Assembly (NCBI RefSeq): GCF_964204645.1
Contig: NC_134027.1
Location: forward strand, 13,176,485 to 13,240,484
From: Tubulanus polymorphus
Lineage: Eukaryota; Animalia; Nemertea
DNA length: 64,000 nucleotides
Reading direction: 5' to 3'
Shown: one piece after another, positions 22,983 to 33,851 of the stretch
How positions within the stretch are numbered: position 1 is the first letter of the stretch
Layout: each line of letters opens with the position of its first letter
Notes under the pieces: generated by a model
What the model was told of the DNA's origin: nothing
Database searches by the model: none
Seen by the model: the letters and a program-made list of their open reading frames with translations, nothing else
Position numbers and translations under genes: made by a program

Positions 22983-24456
22983 TTATTTATTTTTTGATAT
23001 CATATTTACTAATCCAAAAATAATTGCACTTACAACTGTAATTAAAAATAAAATAATACGTTCAGCAGCAAAGTTAATAATGTTTCCTGCAGATTTCAAT
23101 ATGAAACCAACAATTGATGCAATAATTCCTGGTAATGCTGCAGCAGATTTTTTAGATAGTTCCCATAAATATTTTGCTAATTTCTTTAAACCATCCTCAA
23201 CTTTATCTTGTATAGAATTATTATCTGGGGGTTTATCTGGTTTATTTGGAGTAGGAGTAGATTTCAGTGAATTTGATATAGCTAAACCAATTGTTGTAAA
23301 TAACATAGTTACAGCTGTTAGAATTGAAAGAATTGTTATTCCTTCAAACTTAAACAATAATTTTATTCTATCTTTTAGTGATATGTCAGAATTTGGTTTT
23401 AGTATTAACTCTTTAACAACAACTTTTAATCTATCAATACAATAATCATATGATTTTAATAATAATTTCATTTTTTCTTTCTGAAATTCTATGTTATATT
23501 CTAAATCATCAATTTCTTTTTCTAAATATGCATTTCTTAAAATATGCATTTTTTTTAAATTCAATGTCTTCAATAACTATAAATTCTCTATCTAATTTTA
23601 ATTGTTCTAATTCTTTTCTGGTGTCAAATAATTTATTTTCTAAAGGTTTAATTTTATTATATCTTATATGTTTTTCGCGCGCAATTTTATCAGCTTCATC
23701 TCGTATACTTATTATTTCTCTAATTGTTTTTTTAGAAAACATACTTAAAACTTCTATTTCTTGATCTGTTGAATCAAGTAATCCCTTCGGTAAAAGTTTT
23801 TCAGTTTGAACTTCAGTGTTTGATTTAAGTTTACTAGTTTTGGAAGTTTTATTCTGTTCAGAAGTTGTTTCTGTTTCTGGATTTTCTTTGATTGTTTCAA
23901 ATAATTTATTAATTCTTTGTTTAAATACTCTTTTATTTTGATTTATTTCTTCTTGTGTTACATCTTCTATTTCATTACTATTTCTTATTCTCTTAATTCT
24001 AGATGAGTCAAACTTAAGCAAAGTTGATATTGCTATTATTTTTTCTTCTTTTTTATTAGAGATATTAATATAATAATCCGAATCATCTTTCAACCTATAA
24101 TAATATTCACCATCTAAAAACTTTAATTCTTTTACTAAAAGTCTGGCGCCTCTATCATTTATATTATATCCAGAATCTTTAAATACATCTTGAAACTTAT
24201 ACATAAATTCATAATTTTCTATATTTTCTCTTTCTAAACCTGGGTCTAAATTTTCAATAGGTATTCTCGATCTAGTTCTTCTATCATGTTCTTCTGTTGA
24301 TGGGGCTTTAGAACCACTCTCTGCTAAATTAGAATTATATGCTGATTCATCATCATTATCAATATTATTATCAGCAGTCATATAATCATCATCAATATAT
24401 CCTTCATTATTATTTCCCATGCCTTCCATTTCATAATCTTCTACACCTTCTGTCAT
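22983..24456 (-). CDS. Large coiled-coil protein with C-terminal transmembrane segments (frameshift near 23550)
   Basis: Acidic N-terminus, coiled coil, GITILSILTAVTMLFTTIGLAI, LPGIIASIVGFIL and IILFLITVVSAIIFGLV. Confidence 0.65.
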
Positions 24457-24469
24457 TTACATAATAAAA

Positions 24470-25791
24470 AAATTTAAAATATAATATTCCTCCGATTACA
24501 ATTCCTATACAAGTTAAAGCTAATTTAGTATTTTCATGGGATTTATTATCATCATTTAGTTTAATTATATCATGTTGAATATTATCAGTTTTTATATCTT
24601 CTGATGTATTGTAATCTTTTATTTTAGAATCATTATTTAATTCAATATTATTAGTTTTAGTTTCTGTTGATTGAATGTTTTTTTATTTTTTTCACCTTCC
24701 ATTAATTTTGGAGCAGTGGTTATCTTTTTATTTATATCATTTAATCCAAATGAATTATTTATTGTTGCAGTTTTAATTAGATTATTATAACCAATTATAT
24801 TTCCCATCTTTAATACTAAATCAATAGAAATAATTAATAGATTAGGGCCTATACAATAATTTAATCTAATATGTGATTTATCTAAATGATTTTGATATCT
24901 TACAATGTTTTCCGGAATCGATCTATTTTTATCATTATGAATTGAATCTTCAAATAATACTTTGAATTGTTTCTGCGCATCGAATGAAGTGTTATCATTT
25001 CCAATTATTGGGGATCTTGTTTCAACTTGCGCGCCTAAAATACAAATTAAATAATTTCTAATAGATTGATTTATTCTTTGTATACCAGCTTTAGTAAAAC
25101 CTTCACTATTTTCTAAAATGAAATTAACCCAACCATTATTGTTTTGTTGTTGTATATTATTATAATATTTTGGTAATTCATTCCAATTTAGTGTTCTTAT
25201 ATCTGAATTTGTCATTATTTTTCCAAATTCTTTAGTATATAATATTCCTAATCCACCCATTGTTCCAATTTTTGCTCTAAAATCTTTATTTGAATTAATA
25301 TTAAATTCATTACATATTTTATAAAACTTAGAAAAATTAATATTATTATTCAATTCTTTAAAATATTTTGAACCTGGTAAAGGACATTCTAATTCATCTA
25401 ATATTAATTTTATTTGAAAATAAGTATGAAATCTAAAAAGTGATAACATCAATGGTAAACTTGGTTTGTTTAAATGATCATTCCAACTAATTCCACATCC
25501 TGTTGTTGCGCAATAAACAGCAAAATTTAATTGGTTCTGCCAATACTTCATATTAGATTTTAATAACCATTGTTTTGCCTCATTTAAATTTTTGAAATTA
25601 ATTGTATACACATGAAATATATTTTCCATCTTTACATGAAAATTATTACTTTCAGTAACATAAATATATAAATCAATTAATGAATCTAAAACTTCATTTC
25701 TATATGTAATATCTTTATTAAAATCTATTGCTGGAATATTATATTTAATTGATTTATTATATTGGAAAGCTTTTGGAAAACTATCTGCCAT
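24470..25791 (-). CDS. Conserved viral protein with C-terminal membrane anchor (frameshift near 24670)
   Basis: YWQNQLNFAVYCATTGCGIS...; continuation reads HENTKLALTCIGIVIGGILYF. Confidence 0.6.
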
Positions 25792-25932
25792 TTATATAAT
25801 TAAAAAATTAATAATTTATTAATTCTTTTAATAATTTATCTTGTTCTTCAACTGTTATATGACCATTTAAATTGCCGATCCTATAATAGTTATAACTGCA
25901 GAAGCCATTTATTTAGTAAAATAATTATGTAT

Positions 25933-26154
25933 TTATATGGGAGGAATATATTTTTGTTTTTCTAAATAATCAATAGTTAAATTAGATAAAGTAACAGCTA
26001 ATGTTAATTTTAAAATATCATTGATATCAAATCTATCAACATTAACACTTCCCATTTTAAATACTTTTTTTAATACCATTGAATAACCAACAGTTCCAAC
26101 TGATAGTAATGCTCCATTATATAATCCAGTTATTATCCACTTATTATCACTCAT
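25933..26154 (-). CDS. Small hydrophobic/membrane protein
   Basis: 73 aa with two hydrophobic helices; T-tract/TAAATG start. Confidence 0.6.
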   Translation of the reverse strand: MSDNKWIITGLYNGALLSVGTVGYSMVLKKVFKMGSVNVDRFDINDILKLTLAVTLSNLTIDYLEKQKYIPPI

Positions 26155-26526
26155 TTATTTATCAAAAAAATTACTATCTTCAAAATATTGAGTTATCTTA
26201 TTTACGATTAATTCAACATTTATTTCATTACTAGTTTCATTTGTATATATTTCAATTATTATTTTTTTAATAACATCGACGATAAAATCTTCATCTAATT
26301 CATAAAATCTTAAAGATTCTCTAATTAAATTAGTAATCTTTTCTACATTTAAAGTTTCTTTATCTATTGTTGTTTCAAACTCAAATGTTGTTTCATTTGA
26401 AAATGCAATATTTTTAATCGTGTAATTACATCATTAACGTTAAATTTCATTTCTTTCTCACGTTTTAAATCAAATCCAAAACATAAACTCGGTCCAACAG
26501 TTATATTCATTTATATAGTGAAAAAA

Positions 26527-27286
26527 TTACTCTTTACATCTTATAACTAATTCATATATCACAGGAAAGTTAATTAAATCAATTAAATAACCATTATGAT
26601 TTCTTATTTCTAATTTAAAATTATTAAAATGTGGAATACAAGGTTTGAAATCACATTCAGCTAAATTATAATTTATTTGAGTTCCAAATTGTTTAACATT
26701 TTCTAGCGGTAAAATATTTAGTAAACTAGAACTACAAATTGTTTCTTTAATTGCTTGGAAAGTTTTTGTAGGCTCGATTAAATTGCAATAAATATAAAAG
26801 TGTGTAAAAGGTATTATATTTGAATTACCATCTACGTTTCCTGTAACAGTATCTGGTACAATTCCTAACAGTTTTGCTATAGGTTTTTTTACCATAAATG
26901 CATGTTGACTTTCATCATATACCTTTATTTTAATTTTATTTGTGCCTCATTTTTTATAAATCTAATTAAAAATTTATCATCTCTTCTAATTTTCAACCGT
27001 GCTCTACGATTAATTTCTTGAGCTCATGTTTCTAAATTATATAATCCTGGTTTTAAAATTAGATGAAACCATTTATCTACATTTCTAATATGAATTAAAA
27101 CAGTATTATCGTCAATAGTTTTATCCGATATATTATAAAAAGAATTACATAAACTTATATTTACTAATTTCAAATCTACATAATTCTTAAATTCTCTATC
27201 TAACTGAACTAGTAAATTATGAGATTTATAATTTGTAACTTTTCTTGAATCAACAAATTATAACTGTATTCTTTTAATTCCGCCAT
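26527..27286 (-). pseudogene. Putative minor capsid (penton, single jelly-roll) protein, frameshifted
   Basis: LCNSFYNIS..., LKPGLYN, FYIYCNLI, LLNILPL, FKLEIRNHNGYLIDLINFPVIYELVIR pattern resembling Polinton/virophage minor capsid proteins. Confidence 0.55.
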
Positions 27287-27300
27287 TTATTTTACATATT

Positions 27301-27654
27301 TTATTCGAAATCTATTTCATGGTGCCCTTTTTCATTCTTACCTTTGTATACGAAATAGAAATCTCCAGAACATAATTCTTCTAGATCTTCACTTGATAAT
27401 CTATGAAATCTATCTGGTAAATATGTTCTGAATTTATATGTATTTCCTTTTAATCCTTCATATTCTAAGTGTATAACTAATTTATCTCCATATTTGTTAG
27501 TAACTGTATCAATATTTGTAATTAGATATTTCTTATGGATTGTTAATTCTTTTAACTTCTTAAATTTATAATCTACTGATTTGACATTTGAAGTATCTTT
27601 TATTCTATCTAGAAATGATTTGTTGTTCTCACTGTGTGCTTGTTTACTCTCCAT
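27301..27654 (-). CDS. Small conserved viral protein (possible ssDNA-binding protein)
   Basis: Homolog of 4191-4517; immediately downstream of pPolB. Confidence 0.65.
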   Translation of the reverse strand: MESKQAHSENNKSFLDRIKDTSNVKSVDYKFKKLKELTIHKKYLITNIDTVTNKYGDKLVIHLEYEGLKGNTYKFRTYLPDRFHRLSSEDLEELCSGDFYFVYKGKNEKGHHEIDFE

Positions 27655-27683
27655 TTTAATAACATATTTTTATTAAAATTTGA

Positions 27684-30600
27684 TTAACACGTTAGAATTC
27701 TTTTCATTATCTCGTTCTCTTTTGTTTCTTCTCTTTTAAATTTTAAGTTTTCATCTAAATTACAACCATAAGCAACTGTATGAATTCCATCATCCAGAAT
27801 ATATCTTTTATCATCAAATGGGTTTAGACTTATCTTTTCAATTTCTTCAATAAACATTTCATGATCTTCAGATCTTAAACATCTCATTTTATGTTTTCTA
27901 ACTTCTTCATTGAATATACAATTGATGTAATCTTTGAAATGAATATTCTTTTCTACTACACTTTTGGTTATTCCTTTTAACTTTTTAACTTCATGTTCTT
28001 TAGTTTTATATGAATACATTTTAGATACACCTATGAACTCTATCATTTCTTCACCACCTAATTCATCCTTGAATTTACCGGGAACTTTTTATCATCATTG
28101 CTAAACAATTCATGATCTTTAGGATAATTACTGAAATCAAAATGATGTTTTAATGTTTTTAAATCATCAGTTATGTTATCAGTTTTTATCTTTAATATGT
28201 AAGAATCTGTATCAAAGTATAGAATTTCTATATGTTTTTCTCCAAAAAGTGGTTGTAATACGTTATAATAGAATTCATACATCAATAGCTTTGATATTTC
28301 TAAAACTGAAGCACCAACATAAATTGGTTTATTAAATTTCATAGAAGTTCTTCTCAATTTAACTGCGGCTAAATTTTCATCAAATATTCTGTTACCAATG
28401 AACTTAGGATATGATTGTAAATGCCTTATCCTTTTACCATTACTAACTAACTCAATATTATTTCTATTTCTAATATTTTCACAAGTCTTACCATAGAATG
28501 CATTATTCATTAACTTGAAGAAATCTTTCTCGAAATCAGTTTTAGCTTCAGTTCTCTGTTTGGTGTTAAAATCTATATATTTTTCTAACCACTTAGATTG
28601 ACTAAATGAAATATATCTATGTACTTTTTTTAGAACCATTCCTTGTTTTAGATAAAACTTTAACATTCTATAATGTACTACATAATTATATTTATCTTCT
28701 TGAGTTACCATTAACTTTTCTGTATGAATATGATTTTCGGGTATAATTCTTTTTTGATAATTTGATAATTCTTCATGAGTTACAGTTTTATGTTCGGGAC
28801 AGTATGCTAGATTTCTAGATTTAAATTTAATATGTTCAGGATATTCTAAATCTACAACAAAGAAGTAACCAGTATCTGAATCATCTGCAATATCTAGAAT
28901 TCTTTTCTTCCAATAAAATTTATCATTATTTTCATTCTGTAAAACTTCAGTTAATTCAAATACTCTATAAGGTTGTGGTTCCATCATTGCCCAACCATAC
29001 AAATTATTTGCATCTATATATAATAACTTATATCCGGGGTTATCATTTACATTGAAATATCTATCACCTAATACACCTGAAACTCCTCCTCTTATAGATT
29101 TTTCAAATAATAGTAATTGATCTATATTTGTTAACAAATCCATTTTTATATCTGTAAATTTTAATCCACAATCCCATTTTAAACCTGATTTGAATAACAA
29201 TGACAAGGATCAATGTTAAAATATTTTAGGTTTACATCTCTAAACCTTTCGAATATATCAGTTAACAATAATACATCTGATTTTAGATATGAATCTACTA
29301 ATTGCCCATGATTTTCTATTTTGAAATGATTCCAAATATTCAATGTTCTATTATATACTTCATCTTTAACATATTCATTTTTTAATTCATCATAGAATTG
29401 TTCTTTTATTAATTCGGTTATGTTAAAATCATTATGATTTTTATAGAAAGAATATGGAATTGCGCCTTTATATCTCATTAATTGGAAATCATCATTATTT
29501 GGGTAGTGTTGTTTTAATATTTTCAATTCATCATCAACTAATGATTTTGATAAGTTATCTAATGAACTATTTAAAAATCTATATGAATCTATAAATCTTA
29601 GGCAACCAAATTGGAATGATATATAATTCGCAGATGTTTTAGCTAACATTCTAAATTTATAAGTTGGTATTTTATCTTTTGATCTATTTGAATTTAATCT
29701 TTCTATTTCATTACTGATTTCTTCTATTTTATGGCATAACTGTTTGATAAATAATTGTGCATCATATCCTGATAGATTATGAAATATAACTGGTACAAAG
29801 TTAATTTTCTTAGCTTGTAAGTTACAATTCTCATGTGCAGCGCCTCTAAACTTTCCGTTCAAATGATCATGGTCTCTCACTTTTTTATCTTTATAATTAA
29901 ATATCTTTTCACAATAATAACATTTATCTGAAAACACAAATTCTTCTTTATCTTCTTCTGTCATAATTATTTCTTTATTTGTATTCAATAATTTACTAAA
30001 TCTAATTTCATATTCAATTAATAAGTCACAAAAATGATTGATAACATTTTCATTTCTATAATCATAATATTCACTTTCAATTAGTTCTGGATAATCAGAT
30101 TTAATATATAACCCGAAAGCAGCAGCTGATTGATGAATCTTTTTAATTGTATTTGTTTTTGGTGGTTCATCTGAAAAATCATTTTCATTAGAATTTAATT
30201 TCTTTCTTTTATAATATATTTCTTTTCTATCTTGATCAGTTAATTCTTTATTTAATGATTCAAAATCTCCATATATTACAAATGGTACTTAATTTTTGTA
30301 ATCATATTTTTTGAATTCTAATATTTTATCCTTTTCATTTGGTAAAACTAATTTCCAATAATCATGATTTTCACATAATTGTTTATGATTTAATAATGTA
30401 ATTTCATTACTGAATTTATGTAAACATTTTCTACATAGATATATTTTATTATGGTGATCACTTTCTGTTCTAAAGAATAAATCTATTTGTTTAATCCACA
30501 TATAATGATTCTCATAATATAGTATATCTATAACATCATTTGAATCATAATCTTTTGATAGATATAAAGGTTCTAATGTATAATGTTTTATGTTGTTACC

Positions 30601-31654
30601 TTTTGTATTTGGTAATTTGATTAAATCAAATACATAATTATTATCTCTTTCAATCTTTGGGATCTTTTTAATTATAACAGGATACTTATCTATCTTATAA
30701 TTATTTTCAAATGGTTTATAATGAGTTAATCTACAAATATTATAAGTTGCAGGATGTAAACAACTTATTATAGCCCATAGAAAACATTTATCATCTTCAT
30801 TTTGTACATTTATTACAGCATTAGTTTTAAATGGTAGTTTGATATAACTCGATGCTTCGATATCTGGTTCTTTATAATATGATACATTATTTTCATCAAT
30901 TGGTTTTGATTTAGTTAACTTATTATATTTTGTGTTATAAACATGTAAAGTCATAAATATTATTTCATCAAATATTATAACATTTATCTAATTTATCATC
31001 TATATGTTGTTTAGATATAATATGTTGTGAATGAGAATTTATATTATATATTGGTTTATCTTCAGATTTCATAAACTTTACTTTAGAAGATATACTTATT
31101 TTAGGATATTCAACATCTGTAATTATTTTTATTATTTCTTTCATATTTTCTAAATGTTTTTTATTTTCTTCTAATGTTTTTCCTTTATGAAATTTAAACT
31201 CGATAGCTGCTGGACCAATATCACTTTTAAATGCTTCTGTTATCTCTATATCTTTTTTATTATCTAATGAATTAATATAATTTCTTACATCTTCCATGTA
31301 TGGTCTTTTATTGTTTAATTTATTTTTTATGCTTTTAATTGTCTTCTGTTTCTTATCATTATCTTTATCAAAATAATCTTCACCTAAAAAAACATTATTC
31401 ATATTTCTAATATGACTTTTAGATTTTAAATGTTCTTTATAATATCTTTTATCACTGAATGATTGATTACATGTATCACATTTGTATATTTCTTTTTCAT
31501 TCTTTAATTCATCTAATTTAGATTCTAATATATCATCTTTATATTCTAGTTTCAATTTATTCTCTAAATGTGTTTTAGTTTTATTGTGTCTTGCTTTTTG
31601 GGATTTATCTATATTGATATTACATGTTGGACAGTAGTACTTATTTGCTTCCAT
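27684..31654 (-). pseudogene. Protein-primed family B DNA polymerase (pPolB) with N-terminal C2H2 fingers and Endonuclease VII-like insert; at least 5 frame breaks
   Basis: YGDFES, FHNLSGYD, RDHDHLNGKFRGAAHENCN, YIDANNLYGWAM, KLMNNAFYGK, YFDTDS. Confidence 0.93.
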
Positions 31655-31877
31655 TTTAATACTAAATTTTTTTTTTAAATTGATTTTAGAAGTTCAATGA
31701 TTTATATCATGTATTATTTCAATCACACTTTACTAACACTTTTAATGTTTAAAAACCTAACTCATACAAATATGAATATTGAAATAATGTTTAAAATATA
31801 TCTATCTATATTGAATAATCTGTCAATTTAAATGTTATTTATGTAAATTATGTTTATATATATATGATTATTTTAAG

Positions 31878-32065
31878 AGTAATAGGGGTAATAGGCTTTC
31901 AGGTTAAAGGTTGAAGGGGCGAGTGAGTAAAAAATGAAAATAACAATTATTTACAGTTGAATTAGGAGTGTGCGCGACTAATTCAACTGTAAATTATTGT
32001 TATTTTCATTTTTTACGAGCTCGACCCTTCGACCTTTGATCTGAAAGCCTATTACCCCTATTACT
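31878..32065. repeat. Terminal imperfect palindrome (88-bp arms, 12-nt loop)
   Basis: 31878-31965 pairs with 31978-32065 with 8 mismatches. Confidence 0.9.
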
Positions 32066-33451
32066 ATTATGTTAGATTCATAGTTTCACATGCTTGTCCG
32101 GTAGCTCTGAGTCTAGATGAGATTGATCATGAGTCGTCGGTTGATCCAGAACTCATTCAGTTGAAAAAACAGGTACTCAAAAATGATTGGTCAGGGGATT
32201 GTCCATCAGGTTATAATATAAGTATATTCGTGTGTTTACAGTAACATTCTGTTGAGAGGTAATAGAATATTGTAGTTCCTAGAACGTTACAACAGAGATG
32301 TGTCGAGTTGGCTCATGAAGGGCATCAGGGAATAGTAAAATGTAAATCCAGGCTCAGGTCTAAGGTATGGTGGCTCAGGATTTACAAAGCTATTGAAAAG
32401 CGGTGTAATACCTGTCATGGTTGCCAGCTTACAGGTGACTTACCTTCTGCTGAGCCCATAGTTAATACTGAATTCCCAACCGCTCCTTGGACTCACATAG
32501 CAGTCGATCTTCTGGGTCCTATGCCAACCGGTGAAAGTATATTTGTCGCTGTGGATTATTATAGTAGGTACATTGAACTGGATATTATGTATTCAACTAA
32601 AACTGATAAAATTCGTAACAGGTTAGATAGGATGTTCTCGGTTCATGGTTATCCAGAGTTTATGAAGGCCGATAATGGTCCTCAGTTTATTTCGGTTGAG
32701 TTTGATAATTATATGTTTAGAAACGGTATCAAACGTAAGGGTACAATTCCTCTGTGGCCTCAAGCGAATGGAGAAGTGGAGCGTCAGAACAGATCGCTTC
32801 TAAAGGCTATGAGAATCGCACACTCCGAGGGTAAAAACTGGCGTGAAGAGGTTTATACATTCTTGCTGGCCTATAGGTCAACACCTCATTCAACCACTGG
32901 TCAAAGCCCTGCTATGCTTATGTTTAATAGAGAAAACTGTACCAAAATTCCTGATTTTAGTGTAAGCCATTATAACACTGTTAGTTCTAGCTTTAGTTCT
33001 AGTATAGCCAGAGATAATGATAATTATAATAAGGCTGGAGGTAAAGAATACTCAGAGAAAAACGGACGGCTACAGTGTCTGATATTCAGTATGGTGATTT
33101 TGTATTGTTAAAGCAGGAACCTTCAAACAAATTATCTACAAGGTTTGAACCAGTTCCATATAAAGTAACCGATCGTTTTGGGTCACAAGTTACTATTGAA
33201 TCACCACATGGTGTAAGGTATAAACGTAACGTCTCGTTCGTAAAAAGGTTTCATACTGATGACAGTAGTTTTGAATCCGACCCTGCACCAAAATTAAATG
33301 TAAACAGGGAAGTCGTTCAGAGTAAAACTCCAGAAACAGATGCGACACCTATGGGTGAATCTATTCTGCATCCGGCTGTAAGCAACACGTCCGGTAGTAC
33401 CAATACAGAGGCTGTACCATTGTCTACTGTAGGGGACGAGGGTTCTGTGAG
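32066..33451 (+). pseudogene. Ty3/Gypsy pol, part 3 (integrase)
   Basis: AHEGHQG...C..C zinc finger, IAVDLLGP, VDYYSRY, DNGPQF, NGEVERQNR, YRSTPHSTTG. Confidence 0.9.
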
Positions 33452-33851
33452 CGGTGTTGTCATATCGCGGAAAGACGGAATTTCTTCATTTTTACTATAA
33501 ATAGTAAACGGGTTTTCCCACGGGGATACCCACTGTCGGACAGGGCATCGGACCATGGTTTTCAACACCGGGAATTAGTATTTGATAATTTATTATATCG
33601 CCAGTCAACAACTTAACGATACTGTTCCAAATAATGGAGAACCTAGGCAATACGTGCTTTGCGAATTCAGTGATACAGAGTATCGCTGCATTAACTGAAG
33701 GAATACAAATCGATGGTACGTAAACGTAGGATTTGTGATGACACCATGGGTCATTCTCCAGGACTCATTTCCGAGTTAAGATTTGACTCTGGTCTCTGGA
33801 TTTAAAACATTGGAAATGAATTGATTCTAAGTAACTGAGAGTTAACTCACA
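33452..33851 (+). repeat. ~400-bp repeat (inverted copy at 14205-14628)
   Basis: Direct match; no polypurine tract or TSD, so not called an LTR. Confidence 0.8.

Larger units (their letters stand above)
14858..32065. mobile_element. Polinton/Maverick-like endogenous virus, element 2 (~17.2 kb, near complete, frameshifted)
   Basis: TIRs 14858-15136 / 31677-32065 (the left one lacks its outer ~95 bp); pPolB, integrase, ATPase and capsid-like genes. Confidence 0.92.

Noticed and set aside
10608-32071. One single 21.4-kb Polinton from 10614 to 32065
   Set aside because: The outer ends are inverted copies, but there is no TSD (AACGAT vs ATTATG), and in-order Gypsy sequence plus extra termini lie inside; two insertions fit better
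33455-33851. 3' LTR of the first Gypsy (TG...CA ends)
   Set aside because: No polypurine tract, no direct-orientation partner, and homology among copies extends outside the TG to CGGTG
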